Of a stretch of 64,000 bases of DNA, positions 1-15,635 are shown one piece after another; the stretch's first letter is position 1, and every line of letters begins with the position of its first letter. A program made the translations under genes and the position numbers. The notes below the pieces were generated by a model. That model searched no databases and was not told the origin of the DNA. It saw nothing but the letters and a program-made list of their open reading frames with translations. The stretch is from Eledone cirrhosa (Eukaryota): the NCBI GenBank assembly GCA_964016885.1, contig OZ024743.1, positions 64,852,001-64,916,000 on the forward strand, read 5' to 3'.

Positions 1-1923
1 TCAAAACAGTTTCACATCAAGAATCTTATCTTGCAAAATAAATACAAAAACGAACTATATTTATTTATATATATGCAAACCCACATAAGAAATATAGGAA
101 ATTGGTGAGAGGAAGAAATTTACAAAAAAAAAAAAAAAGACAAAATAGAACAACAAAATAAATATCTTCAAAATCAGCTTCAAAAGGTTTACCTGGAGCA
201 GTGAACAGCACCAGTGTTAGAGGGTTAAATGCTTGAAAGAGATATAAACATCCTCTTGGATAAGAAGGCTGTCTCTTGGAAAATGAGATTTCAAAATATT
301 TTGCATGTGTATCTATCAGCTAGGTAAACTGAGCTGCACAGAATTATCTGTCTTGTCCAATAACACTTATTAAATGCCATCAATAGGTTTGAATATAAGA
401 CCATTACTCAAATAAACTAATACAGTATCTACTTGGCTATTTTGCTTCTACTAGACAGAGTTTTCTGTATAACTGAAAGAATTTAAATTACAGTGCACAC
501 AGTCTGAAAATATACCCAGAAAGGAGTGACTCTCAGCTATTTCTTTGAAATTTTGTCTCTACTGGACAGATTTTGCTATATAACTGAAAGGGTTTAAATT
601 ACAGTGCACATACAGCCTGAAAATATACCCAGAAAGGAGTGGCCCCAGCTATTTCTTCCAAATTTGTAAACATTAACAAAGAATTAGTCCAATTTGATCT
701 CATTGTAATTCTACAACACTTTTACTGGCTTCAGTTATCAATTTAAAGGGTTTAATTAATCATGTATGCAAATTTGCAGTATACAACAAAAAGAAATTAG
801 CTCATACAAACTATATTATCTTTTTGTTTAAAATAGGACAGATGGCAGAAAAAAATCCTGGCTACCTAATTTGTCTTTGTACTGACCAGTTTCACTATGG
901 ATAGTTTTTCAAAGTTTCATTTGTTCTGGTGTTGATTATTGTTATTTTGTTTTTAGTATCCTTTTTCTCTGGAATGTTATATATAAGAGCTCATTACAAT
1001 TAAGTAAATATTACTCAGAGTTGAAATTTCACCAAATTGCGACTGAGTTTCATATCTTCTTACATGAAATTATGCATCACAAGGTGCAAAGTTTCAGTTT
1101 TTAGCATAATATATATATATAGTTGAAGATTAAAAAAGACAAACAGAGAATAATTATACAGAGTCCTATTAGTTTCATACTTGTGGGGAAAAGAAAAAGA
1201 ATGTTCCAACATATCAGACATCAGTCCTTCATCAGAAAAGAGTAAAATTAGGAGAGAAAGGAGGTTGGAAGATTGGGGAGAAAATCTTTTTTACATACAG
1301 TTATATCGCATAGGTAAGGATTAAATTATACATCAGAAATGTTAGTAATGGGGTTTCTTATATGTAAAGAACTGAAATCTCAGATTTACAAAGGAAATGG
1401 GGAAAAGTGTTTAGCCCTTTCTCAATGTCATTAACAACCTCAGTAAAATGTAACTTGGTTTGTTAAAAAATTTACCAACAGACAACAGCATAGAACACAT
1501 AGCTAATAGGACAGTCTTCTGACATTTCTCATGTATACCGCCACACAACACCATAATACACAGTTACTAAAAGAAGTATAACAGAAGCATTAATACAATG
1601 ATTGTATATATGGACCTGTAACTCCTGGGAGTCGTAGGGACACTGTAGTGTCATATGGCGTTTCTTGGGCATTTTAAACTTGGTTGAGCCGCACCCATTC
1701 CCTGTCCAACATTGAATACAACATACTTCTTCCAGACAAGGATTGAGAGTGATAAAGAGGAAGTGAGAAAGAGAAACTGAGAAAGAATCGACCCCAATAC
1801 TGAACTGGTACTTTATTTATCGACCTCGAAAGGATGAAGGGCAATATTGATACAGAAATAGTTTTCTTCATGAATATAAACAACAGGTCTTGTGAGTAGG
1901 AAACTAACTATTGTACAATTGAG

Positions 1924-2850
<927 letters not shown>

Positions 2851-2851
2851 A

Positions 2852-3242
2852 TCATCATCACCATTTCATTTTACGTCTGTTTTTCCCTGCTTGCAAGGGT
2901 GGGACGGGAACTGATTCTGGCTTGATTTCTACAGCTGGATGCCCTTCCTAACACCAACCTCATTTACAGTGAGTGCTGGGTGCTTTTTTTTCCATGGCGC
3001 CTACATGTCCCTTTCACAGTGTGGGCTGGGTGCTTTTTTGCCGTGGCACCTCCACGACCACTTCTGCAGTGGAATGATAGGGACCCCACTCCCTATCATC
3101 TCATTTCTACAGCTGAGTAAACTGGAGCAATGTGAAATAAAGTGTCTTGCTCAAGGAAACAACACATCACCCGGTCTGAGAATTAAACTCACAACCTTTC
3201 GATTGCAAGGCCAATGCTCTAACCACTAAGCCATGTGCCTCC
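2852..3242 (-). mobile_element. tRNA-derived CORE-type SINE with RTE-like tail
   Basis: Head with A box TGGCTTAGTGG and B-box-like GAGTTYAATT; CORE-like CCTTGAGCAAGACACTT...CAGCTGTAGAAATG; AGGAAGGGCATCCAGC block; (GAT)n tail. Other copies: 14666-14990 (+), 27414-27700 (+), 30300-30735 (-), 32535-32915 (-); partial 24650-24815 and 43190-43310. Confidence 0.8.
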
Positions 3243-3325
3243 ATGTACAATAGTTAGTTTCCTACTCACAAGATCCGGCTGTTTATATTCATGAAGAAAT
3301 GTGCCTATATATATGTATATATGTA

Positions 3326-3379
<54 letters not shown>

Positions 3380-3695
3380 GTGTGTGTGTGTGTGTATATA
3401 TAAAGACACAATGCTTAGACAAATCACAGAGGCAATAAACATAAATGAACTCCAACCAAAATTAAATAGAAAACATGAATAGAATAGCAACATCACAACT
3501 TACAATTAAGGATAAAATGAAAACACACACACACATAGAACAAACAACCAACTAGTAACATGTAAATAAACAAATATAAACACACACAGACACCCGGATG
3601 TAACACATGCGCAAACTAAGCACACAACACACACAAAAACAAGATGGCATAGGACAGAACAAAGGAGAGGCACAAAACAAAGAAAAGAATCCCCG

Positions 3696-3738
3696 GTCAC
3701 TGATGAGGTCACAGAATGTGTGACGAAAGAACTTTGAC
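3696..3738 (+). ncRNA. Minimal type-I hammerhead ribozyme motif (Penelope-associated type)
   Basis: GTCA-CTGATGA-G-GTCACA gaatg TGTGAC-GAAA-G aa C-TT-TGAC: stem I GTCA/TGAC, intact core, perfect 6-bp stem II. Confidence 0.65.
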
Positions 3739-4017
3739 AATATATGAACAACTGTCCGGTTGTGGAATCAACCAACCAACTAGAAATTTATAAATTTTTT
3801 AAAATTTATAATTTAATTTATAATAAATTGGAGTGAAAGCAACTGGTGCGTGTGTTTCTTATTGGAAACATGACCCTCCCAAAGTATAACAATATATCAT
3901 TTCATTTCATATATATATATATATATATAAATATATATATATACATATATATAAATGAAGTATTTCCGTTGGAAAGGTACAGGAAAGAAGAGTGCTCTAT
4001 GTAGGCTACAGAGCTTA

Positions 4018-4147
4018 TTAGTTATGTAATAAACAGCATAAGATAATTATTTCATTTACCAGTGGTTTCTTGAAGACAGATGTTGTATCTGTCTTCAAAA
4101 AATCACTGGTAAATGAAATAATTATCTTATGTTGTTTATTACATAAC

Positions 4148-4150
<3 letters not shown>
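4018..4150. repeat. Hairpin inverted repeat
   Basis: 64-bp arms, 5-nt loop, ~3 mismatches; the arm end recurs at 4198-4230. Confidence 0.9.
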
Positions 4151-4198
<48 letters not shown>

Positions 4199-4240
4199 TT
4201 AGTTATGTAATAAACAACATAAGATTATTATATATATATG

Positions 4241-4271
<31 letters not shown>

Positions 4272-4296
4272 ATGTATATATATGTGTATATATATG

Positions 4297-4345
<49 letters not shown>

Positions 4346-4387
4346 GTATATATATATATGTATATATATGTATATATATATATGTAT

Positions 4388-4433
<46 letters not shown>

Positions 4434-4566
4434 GTGTATAAATATATATGTATATATATGTGTATATATATATATGTAACAAAGGAATTGTGGTAAGGAA
4501 CCAGATGGACCATAACGCACCAGAGTACTCAATACTGAACTCTGCCGTCGGGGTCATACTTTTTCC

Positions 4567-4633
<67 letters not shown>

Positions 4634-4783
4634 GTATATATAAGTATGTATATACATACTACTGTACATCTGTATACATATATGTATGTACGTATACATA
4701 CTTATATTTAAGTATCAGCCGTACTAAGAGTGAGAAATGATATTTTCATTTTTTCCATTTATGTATATATATATATGTATGTG

Positions 4784-4814
<31 letters not shown>

Positions 4815-4859
4815 ATGTATATATATATGTATATATATATATATGTATATATATGTGTG

Positions 4860-4902
<43 letters not shown>

Positions 4903-4991
4903 GTGTGTATATACATATATATATATATACATATATGTATATATATGTGTGTATATACATATATATATATATATATATATGTATATGTATA

Positions 4992-5086
<95 letters not shown>

Positions 5087-5336
5087 ATGTGTGTATATAC
5101 ATATATATATATATATATCATTAGTGCAGTATTTACATAAAACTAATAATAAAGTATTGGTTTCAAAAAATGTAGGAAAAATATTGATTATAATAGGTGC
5201 AAGTATCTGAACATTTTAGAAAAAATAAATAACAGGGCAATAAAAAAATATTTGCCAAAAACAAATAAAATACATCATTTGAAGCTGCCTTCTATTGTTT
5301 CTTTCCATATATATGTGTAGGTGTGAGTGTGTATGG

Positions 5337-5395
<59 letters not shown>

Positions 5396-5897
5396 TATAT
5401 ATATATAAATATATATGTATGTATATATGTATGTGTATATATATATGTGTGTGTGTGTATACATATATATACACACACACATATATATATATATATCAAT
5501 ATATATGTATGTGTATATGTATGTGTATATATAAGTGTGTGTGTGTGTGTGTGTGTATTATATACATTGATAGAAAGATATGTTTGTGTGAGTGTATGTG
5601 TATATGTATAATGAGAGATTCAACAAGAAGACAAAAATGCTCTCTATATAAACAGAGCTAATTTATAATGAACCATACATATGAAAGGTATTGAACAACC
5701 TTTGGTTTCATTGTGAGACTGGATTGTCTGATTGTAGTCACTAATTAGTCAGCCATAAAACTGACTAATTAGTGATTGAGATGATGCCATCTGGTGAGAT
5801 TATGAAACCTAGGGTTGCACAATAACGTTTGTGTGTATGATTCATGATACATACACACATGTATGTAAATATATATATATGTATGTATACATGTACA

Positions 5898-5997
<100 letters not shown>

Positions 5998-6018
5998 CTA
6001 TTTCACACATATATATAT

Positions 6019-6211
6019 ATTGAAATAGATATAGAAGATTTGCCATAACATTGACCAAATTATATAGTCTGATAATGGAGCTTATGAACCCACTGAATAG
6101 GATAAGATGGGTATGATACCCATCTTTTTCTGTTCAGTGGGCTCATGCACCCCACTGTCAGACTATATAATTTAATCAATGTTATGGCAAAGCTGCTATA
6201 TCTATTTCAAT
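6019..6211. repeat. Imperfect hairpin inverted repeat
   Basis: ~95-bp arms centred on GATGGGTAT-G-ATACCCATC. Confidence 0.88.
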
Positions 6212-6467
6212 TCTAAACTTCGCTGCGTTGCAAACATACTTCCTCATATATATATATATCAGGATTAAACTAGTATTAAACTGGTAAGGCCATTACTCAA
6301 TAGAGTACTCAATACTTGGGATAGTAGAGTGTGACTATATTAGAAAGTGATGGGGCCCAATGGTTGAGCTCTTGCCATTTCCACAGATAGTTCCAGACTC
6401 TGGAATTAGTTGTCAAAATAGCAAGAGCTCAACCATCGAGCCCCAACACTTTCTATATATATATATA

Positions 6468-6502
<35 letters not shown>

Positions 6503-6920
6503 TTCAGGATAGAACCAGTTTTCCACTAGTTAAACCATTACTCATCAGAGTACTCGATACCTGGGATGGTAGACTATGGTAATAGTACTGCCATTTTCAA
6601 CTAGCTGTTGAACTGGCAAGAGCTCAGCCATTGGGCTCTGACTCTTTATAATATAGCCATACTATATATAATGTATAAGAGGGAAGAGCACTCAAATCAT
6701 AACAGCTACTAGTAATACTTAATAAATAAATGATATTTACATTTTCATGATATCTGCTACTTCAAGTTTAGTGTTTCTGATATCACTACCACTAATTCAT
6801 GGTAGAAACAGGACATGAAATACACACCCATGTCAAGCCTCAGCAATCTCAGAATACAATGGTATATATATATATGCATATACACATATATATGCATATA
6901 AATTCATATATACATGTGTA

Positions 6921-6960
<40 letters not shown>

Positions 6961-7091
6961 GATATTTTCTGTGTTTACACTCCCTTGATTTTATATATAT
7001 ATATATATGCATATATACATATATATGCAAATAAATTTGTATGATGATGATATATACAATCATGCACACTTATGAATATGCATATACATTC

Positions 7092-7142
<51 letters not shown>

Positions 7143-7348
7143 GGCTGCAACCCGATTTCGAGTAATGCCATCGCTTGATACTTAAGCAAGAGCATCACGG
7201 ATGTGGCCTTTTAGTCCTGCTAGGGACTTGCCTATGGCCAGCAATACCATGCATCACAAATAATGTCACATATCAAGCAATGCCTGTGCATATAAATACA
7301 TATATATATATACATATGTATGTGTGTGTGTGTATATATATATATATA

Positions 7349-7389
<41 letters not shown>

Positions 7390-7807
7390 GTATATATATA
7401 TATATGTACACATACATATATATACATATATATATACATAAATATATAGACACACACATACACATATATATTTTTTTAGACACATATGAGGTAAAGTGCT
7501 CATTACTAACAACAATATATTACTTATTATATTACTGAAATAAATCTTTGTTGTTACTCTGAGCTATTGCAAATTCAGAGTAGCTATAAAAAGTAATCTC
7601 AGTAATATATTATATACATATTATATATGTATATATGTCTCTGTATTACACACATATACTTACGTACATATATATATACAGACATAGCTACATATACACA
7701 TACATACATACATATACACAGACATAGATACATATGCACATATATACACACAAACATACATATATATTTATATATGCATATGTGTACGTGAATGTGGTGT
7801 AGAGAAA

Positions 7808-7956
7808 TTAGGTTTTCTTTTCTTTGCTTGTCACGAAGTAATCTTCTGCTGTCAGGCATAGGTTATAACCATTAAAATCAAGAAGCCAGGTGTAACCATG
7901 GAATGTGATGTTTGAAAATACCATCAGATATTCAATCAAGGCAAATATAGAATACA
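7808..7956 (-). CDS. PGAP2: PGAP2 terminal coding exon 5
   Basis: ttgctctttcAG acceptor; (V)YSIFALIEYLMVFSNITFHGYTWLLDFNGYNLCLTAEDYFVTSKEKKT-TAA (conserved FA..EY..V..N..FH); 149 nt; the spliced CDS totals 813 nt = 270 aa plus stop. Confidence 0.92.
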
Positions 7957-9309
7957 CTGAAAGAGCAATAAAGTTGTGTCAGAGAAATATGCCAAAAAAT
8001 AAAATAATTTAAACAAAGAATCAATCATATTCACGCACCATTGAGCAAATTTTGAATGCATGCTAGTTTAAAGTTGGTTGTTTCAGTGTAGGTTTTTTAA
8101 TCAGACACATATAACCCATGCTAACGTGGAAAAATGGACATTAAACGGTGATGATGATGATGAGCATATAAACCCCTAAGAGATAGAAAAAGTGGACAAT
8201 ATCCCCTACAAGATTCAAATTCATGCCTGCTATATGCTGAACAGTTGTGCTACCAATTAGTCATCATTTTTTAGCCTTATCTATCGGTTCTTGGATGTAT
8301 GTAAAGAATCAACTACATTCACAAAGTGTTGAACATATTTTGAATTTAGAATGTATGACAGCTTAATGTAAGCTGCTTAAATGAAGATTTTTTTTTTTAC
8401 TATAAGAAAAATAGTCCAACAAGTTAGATGAGCTGAGAGAAAAACTGGGTGTAAGAGGAATCAGGTGTAGCATGCAAAAGAAAAAACTGCACTGGCATGG
8501 ATCATTGGGTAAAGAAGTGCCAGGAAATCTCAGCAGAAGATAGTGGCAGAAGAGAAAGACCAAGAAAAACCTGAGCAGAGGTGGTGAGAAGTGATCTTAA
8601 ATCACTGAAGCTCACAGTGATGATGAAGGAACACAATAAATGGATGAATGGCATGTTGGAGAGGAGCCACCCAATTTATGCAAACATGGAAAAACGGACA
8701 TAAAATGTTGATGATGATGATGATGATTCGAACTGACAAACCTGCTTTTAGATACTTTCTACTAAATCCTTACATGATATTAATGCTTAACCCTTTAAAT
8801 ACCAACCTGGCCAAAATCAGCTCTGGTTCTATGAAATAAAACCACCCAATTTAAAGGTTTCCAATTTAAATTAAAATCTTCCAATATAATTTTATATAAG
8901 AACCTTACATCAAGTTACTATATTACAAATGAAATAATTAAAAATGTTAGTAAATCTCTCAAAATTCTTCATTAATTAATTAATTAAAGTATATTTCATT
9001 AGAAATGCAGTCATGAAAGGGTGAAACTGATATGCATCAAGAAAACAAACTAACAAATGAAAACAATTGGAGAGAAAATAATGAAAAACCAGGAAGGGAA
9101 CAGAAAACTTCCCAGTAAATGATTTTGAACAGATGCTGTAGAGTCAGCAAGGTGTAACTGAGATATACTACCTAGACTGGGGTGTAGAGTCTGACACTGC
9201 CTATTATTGAAAACATTATATAATTTAATTAAAATTTGCTGAATAAAAGCTAATGTACTGGAAAGAAAACAAAATGTCAGTCACTAGGTCACAGAAGTGA
9301 TTTTTGACA

Positions 9310-9866
9310 TCTTATAATAGACTGGAGAGAAGATGGGCATGGCCAAGAATTTCTGAAGCCCACTAAAATGCCATAATATGATATATACATAGTGAAACAT
9401 CTGGAGTAGCAACATGATGAATGGTTACACCAGTTAGAGGGAGATAGACACTGTCAAGCATTCTAAGACTCATTGACATGATATGATGGATGCAACCATT
9501 TAAAGTAACATCCCTATGACTAGCTGTACAAGCTAGAGGGAGATGGCTACTACCAAACATTTCTAAGGCTCATTGCAATGACACGATAGATACAATCAAA
9601 CATCTAGAGTTCCACCCCAATGACTGGCTACACTAGTTAGAGGAGATGGCCACTTCTAAGCATTTCTACGGCCCACAGAAATGTCTTGATGGACACAGTC
9701 AAACATCTAGAGTTGTATCCCAATGACAGGTTGCACTAGTTAGAGAGAGATGGACACTGCCAGGTATTTCTGAGGTCCACTAAAATGATATGATAGATAT
9801 ATAGTCAAACATTTAGAGTGGCACCCCAATGACTGGCTGTACTAGTTAGAGGAACTTGATTGATTG
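9310..9866 (+). repeat. ~105-bp diverged tandem repeat (~5 units); second array at 23215-23650
   Basis: CAGTCAAACATCTAGAGT...CTAGTTAGAGGAGATGG...GCATTTCTAAGG units. Confidence 0.8.
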
Positions 9867-12800
9867 AATAGATTGCATAAATATAACAGTTTGTGAGAGA
9901 GAGTTTAAATGGCTAAAATGAGTATAGCAATATCATGTACCATCAATAATAACAACAATAACATTGAATGTATTTAATTTTTGGAGTCCAGGATTGGTAT
10001 ATCATATGTACCAGGATTACTGAATATACAAACAATCATACAAACTGGGAAATTTACATTTTGATAAATTTATGTTTTGCATAAGAGAAACCCTATAATT
10101 TATGTTGATTACTGACTTGTAGAAGTTATTAAAGATAAATATGATATTTTAATAATTTATTTCAAAGATATATTACATAAATGTTCAGCATGTATGTACA
10201 AATGACATATAGGATTAAATGTATGAATAACTTTAAATAAATAACTATTTACAAGGACAAATGTAGGGTTTGGAAAGCAAACATCTTATGGTAACACCAT
10301 TACTGAGATAGGAAATGTATTGTGTATATGTGTGTGTTTGTGTATGTAAAAGTGTTCCAGACAGAGACATATATATAAATATACTAACACACATGGTGTA
10401 TTGTTATGGTTGATTGATATGACAGCTGAAGTTGCAGAGGACTTGGTTATATGCACTCATGCATGCATGATCCCGTAACACCTGAGGGAATCTTAGGGGC
10501 GCTGTATGGGTATTTTAAAACCTGGCAGAGCCCATTTCCTCTCCAGGTCTGAATACAGCAAATTTCTTCCATAGAAAGATAGAAAGAGAGAGGAAGTGAG
10601 AAAAAGATACAGAAGAATCAACCCCAGTACTTGACTGGTACTTTTTTTTATCAACCTCGAAAGGATGAAAGGCAAAGCGGACTTCAATGGGGTTTGAGCA
10701 GAGAGCTGAAGCAAATACCAGAAAGTATTCTATCTGAAATTCTAATGATTCTGCCAATTCCCCACCTTCTATTTGATTATGTTACACACCACAAATACAT
10801 ATGACATACATACATACACCAGTGCTAACTTGTTTTAATGCTTTGCTAGTACTTGGTAATGCTTTCACTATCCTGCCTGCAGGAGCCATAAGGAAACATA
10901 TGCCTGGAGTTCTTCACACTGGAGAGGCATGACAGTCAAATGGAAATGAGGTGTGGGAGCAAAACAACCTTTCATCGACTGGTTTATGCTGTTACTGTTG
11001 ACAACCACATATACACATACATGCATACATTTCAAGACAAAATAGCCAGACTTTTCAATATGAATAGAGACATACAATCAAATTATTATAACTGTATCAA
11101 TTATTAACTTTATGCCTTCCAACATACAGACACATAGTTTTGATACAAGACACAGACATAGCAGATGACAATAAGAAGCTGTCATGTGATTACTTCACAT
11201 ATTTTGATTGGCTGAAATCAACTTTTTCTCCTATTCGCACCAAAAGACAACTGGATTACTTAAATAGCTTTCCTGAAAGTAGCTGTTCTCAGCCTAGTTT
11301 AATCCAGTGCAAATGTATACAGAAAGTTACAGTAGACTTGGTTATATAACACAAAAAGCATCAATATTGCTAAAGACAATGTCAGTCTAGTATTTGCTAA
11401 GATGGCTGCCTCTTCAAGACAGGTCAGTTCTCTCCAATGATAACAGAATATAGCTATGAACTCATTATGTACAAATCTCAACATGACTTCTAGAACAATT
11501 GCTATCAATATATTGGAATTGTAAAAGGAATATATATTCTTCTTCACTAAATTATTTCCTTTGGCTGTTTTAAATGCTAAACTCATGTTTTATTTCATTT
11601 GGAAATGTATCTTTAATCATTAGAATTGATTCATATCATTGAATCGCTATTATATTGTTTGTCTTTATTTTTCTCTTATCTTCATACAATAGTACACACA
11701 GCCTAACACCATGTGGAGACATTTCAAAAATTCTTCCTAGGGTAGATGACTAGTATTTTAGTGCAGTGTGACATATATATAGCAAAGACCGAACCATACT
11801 GGTGAAGGAAATCAAAGTCTTAAGATGCTTATTACTAAAATCAATAATTAATGATCAATACTAATTACTGAGATTGAAGGTTTGCATTCTTTTTTCAGTT
11901 TCCAGAAACAGATCTGTCTATGAGATCATAGCACACTTTAACACCTAGGAGTGTGTATTTAAATTTATATATTATTTGTTCTATATATATGTACAAAATA
12001 CTAGTTTGTTTCTCAATTGCTATATCCTGTTATATATTGAATATACTTATATTGGAGTGGGGAGACCCAGGAAGATTTGGGATGAGGTGACAAAATCTGA
12101 CCTTGCATAATTGCACCTCTCAAAGTCGATGACACAGGACTAAGATCTCTGGCGTTACGCAGTAATACAGAAGACCCGACTTCCCACGGGCATATGCTGA
12201 AGCATATATACAGTATGGCCCCCACCCCACCCTACGCCACCTTCCCACATGTAGGTGTCATGACAAAAAGCCCCCCCCCCCCCCCCCCACACACTGTTAA
12301 GTGGTCATGTAGGTGTCACAACAAAAAGCACCCAGTACTCACTATAAATGAGGTTGGCATTAGGAAGGGCATCCAGCTGTAGGAACCAAACCAAAATCAG
12401 TTCTGTATGGGCAAGACATGGTCACCTGACCTAGCATTGCCCACAACAGGACAACTTGTCTAACCCATGCTAGTGTGAAAAATGGCCGTAAAATAGTGAT
12501 GATGATGATGATTGTAGATGCTCTGAACAGAAGTTTATTGAGCTTTGTACTGAGAAACATTATCAATATATATTTTATATGTATTGATTAAACCTAATAT
12601 TAGCTAATGAATATATATATAGATGTGTCCTTACACATATAAGCCCAAATATCTGATGATATGTTGAAAAAGAGTTGGGCCCCGTCACCTGGATTGTACC
12701 TGGAGCTGATCAAAACAATTGTAATATGCAAATAAAGTTTGCAGATATGCTGCAACATGGACTTTGACTCTTTAAAACCTTTCTACACTCTGCACACTAC

Positions 12801-12904
12801 AACCGTAACACTGGAATACAAGCCAAACAAAACGGAGCTCGTAACAACATTGAGTGCTTCAAATGGCACACCACCTGTGACTGTAGTTACACACCTAACT
12901 AATA

Positions 12905-12982
<78 letters not shown>

Positions 12983-13074
12983 TGATTATGGATCCACACT
13001 GGTGTGAATTGCAATGCAGTAATAAAAAAGACATTATATTAGCAGGGAAAGCAGACATTAAAATAGTAATAAGA

Positions 13075-13287
13075 TAATGATGACGATGATGATGATGATG
13101 ATGATGATGATGTCGATGATGATGATGTTGTTGATGATTATGTTGATGATGATGATGATGATGATGTTGATGAAGAGGATTATATAATAAAATGATAAAA
13201 ATATAGATTGAGAATATCTTATATTTGCATGCTTGTGTGAGAATGTGTGATAGAGGGCGGGGGGCAGAAAAGAGAGGCAAACAGATA

Positions 13288-13360
<73 letters not shown>
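13075..13360. repeat. (GAT)n and (AG)n microsatellites
   Basis: Direct reading. Confidence 0.95.
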
Positions 13361-13364
<4 letters not shown>

Positions 13365-13629
13365 AGAGAGACAGGCAGATAAAACCAGAGTGAAAGTGAG
13401 AGAGAGATTATAATGCATATTATCATTATGTATATATAAAAGAATTGGGGTATTTTCTATTGCAAGCAATTATAATGAGCAAAGATTATCTGTGATTATT
13501 ATTGTTGTTGTTAATGCTGGTAATCCTACCTAATCCTTTCTACTGAGTTACCAGTTTTCATTATTTATTGATTATCACAAATAAGCTCCACCTACAAAGA
13601 GAAGTCTAATGCTATAATTCCTTTTTATA

Positions 13630-14135
13630 ACATCATCATCATCATTTTTATGTCTGTTTTTCCACACTTGCATGGGTTGGATGGGTCCTTCTCAGCACAG
13701 CATCTGTCTACTCGCCGCATTCCTTCGTCATCTCTTCTGTGAGTCTCAGCAATTTGGAGTCAGCTCTCACCACCTTTGCCCAGGATTTTTTCTTCATCTA
13801 CCTCTACTGTGGTTTCCTTCCACTGAGGTTTCCTGACACTTCTTCACCGATACCAGCACCGTCTTCTCTTCTGCACACTACTTCTGCCCAAGTCTTTCTT
13901 GGTCTACTTCTACAGCGACTTCTTTCCACTGACATTTCCTGGCATTTCTTTACCAAGCGATCATTGTCCATACACATCACATGTCCATACCAATGCAGTC
14001 TTCTCTCCTGCACACTACTTCTGCCCAGGTCTACTTCTACTGTGGCTTCCTTCCACTAGGATTTCCTGGCACTTCTTCCCCCAGCAATCATTGTCCACGT
14101 ACATCACATGTCCATACCAACGTAGTCCTCCCTCC
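13630..14135 (-). mobile_element. RTE LINE 3' fragments with internal duplications
   Basis: MQERRLHWYGHV...RPRKTW; (CAT)n tail. Related fragments at 8405-8728 (+), 41130-41730 (-) and 42320-42500 (-). Confidence 0.75.
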
Positions 14136-15433
14136 TGTACATTTGAGAGTATTCAATATTTACTCCTAATACAGTAAAAAAAAATAGGATTGTGTATCTG
14201 TACCAATAACACTCTTTAGATATAATAATTTATGGTACTCCATCTTTTAGTAGTTGTTTTTATCTAAAAAATTGAATTTTTGTTGTATGAACCTGTAACT
14301 TCTAGTTGAGTCATAGGGGTGTCATGGTGACACATGACATGTTTTGAGCATTTTAAACCTGGAAGAATCCATCCCTCTCCCGATCTAGATACAGCTTATT
14401 TCCAGAGAAGGAGTGAGAGTGATAGAGAGGAAAAATAGGTCCAAATACTGGACTATATTTTTGTTAAATATTTCAAATAACAGCTTACAAATGAAAATGT
14501 TAGTTATTTTATTAAATTTCTCCAATTTAAAAAATTATTTTCAAAATTATTTGAAACATATTGACAATGTATTACCTTTATCTGTAACAAACTGGTATCA
14601 TATTTAATGGTAGGAGGATATGGGAGGAAGATATTGATTTCTCTCTCTCACACACAATTTTATGTAGAGCATTGGCCTTGCAATCGAAAGGTTGTGAGTT
14701 CAATTCTCAGACCGGGTGATGTGTTGTTTCCTTGAGCAAGACACTTTATTTCACATTACTCCAGTTTACTCAGCTGTAGAAATGAGATGATAGGGACTGG
14801 GGTCCCTATCATTCCACTGCAAAGTGGTCGTGGAGGTGCCACGGCAAAAAAGCACCCAGCACTCACTGTAAATGAGGTTGGTGTTAGGAAGGGCATCCAG
14901 CTGTAGAAATCAAGCCAGAATCAGTTCCCGTCCCACCCTTGCAAGCAGGGAAAAGCAGACGTAAAATGAAATGATGAAATGATGATGATCTATAAGTTAT
15001 GCTCCAAACACCAGATAAATAATGAGAAATCTCTTCATATTAAAATTATTTTTAAAATCATAGACAGTGTCTTTCATTAGAAATATGGAAACAAAAGAGT
15101 TAATATGTTTATATTTATTTATAACTTTCTATCATAATTCTATGTGAGAACCCTTCTTAAATTATACTCCAATCACCAGCTTAATTAGGAGAAAGTTAGT
15201 TTATATAATTAAGTCCTTTAAAATTCTTGATTATTTTCAAAATTATTTGAAAATCATAAGCAGTGTCTTTCATATGAAATATGGTAAGAAAAGGGTTAAA
15301 GAACTTAGGAAAATTACAGTTCTAAACTAATAAGGAAATATATTTTAAAAATCATAAATAAGAAAGATTAACCTTGAACACATACATAATCGTTTTACAT
15401 TCCATTTTCCATCATGGTGTGTGCATACATATA

Positions 15434-15486
<53 letters not shown>

Positions 15487-15592
15487 TTGTGTTATAGGGT
15501 GTTTCCTAATTCGTAGCAGGTGCTATGGTTTAAAAAGCACCATGGTGTAACAGAAAGAGCATTTGTAACTTAACATTTTGATAACAAAAGTA

Positions 15593-15635
15593 GTCACTGA
15601 GGAGGTCACAGAATGTGTGACAAAAGAGCTTTGAC
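15593..15635 (+). ncRNA. Hammerhead motif, same family, G12 mutated
   Basis: GTCA-CTGAGGA-G-GTCACA gaatg TGTGAC-AAAA-GAGC-TT-TGAC. Confidence 0.5.

Noticed and set aside
440-660. ~110-bp two-copy direct repeat
   Set aside because: Simple local tandem duplication with no further structure.
3170-3242. tRNA-like sequence with A/B boxes
   Set aside because: SINE head continuing into a CORE-like domain; no intact cloverleaf or terminator.
11140-11586. Non-repetitive 69-aa and 95-aa ORFs in PGAP2 intron 4
   Set aside because: No recognisable motif or convincing splice pair; PGAP2 is complete without them.
12918-13469. 183-aa ORF with poly-His and LS repeats
   Set aside because: Product of (CAT)n, (CT)n and (TA)n microsatellites; no splice or domain support.
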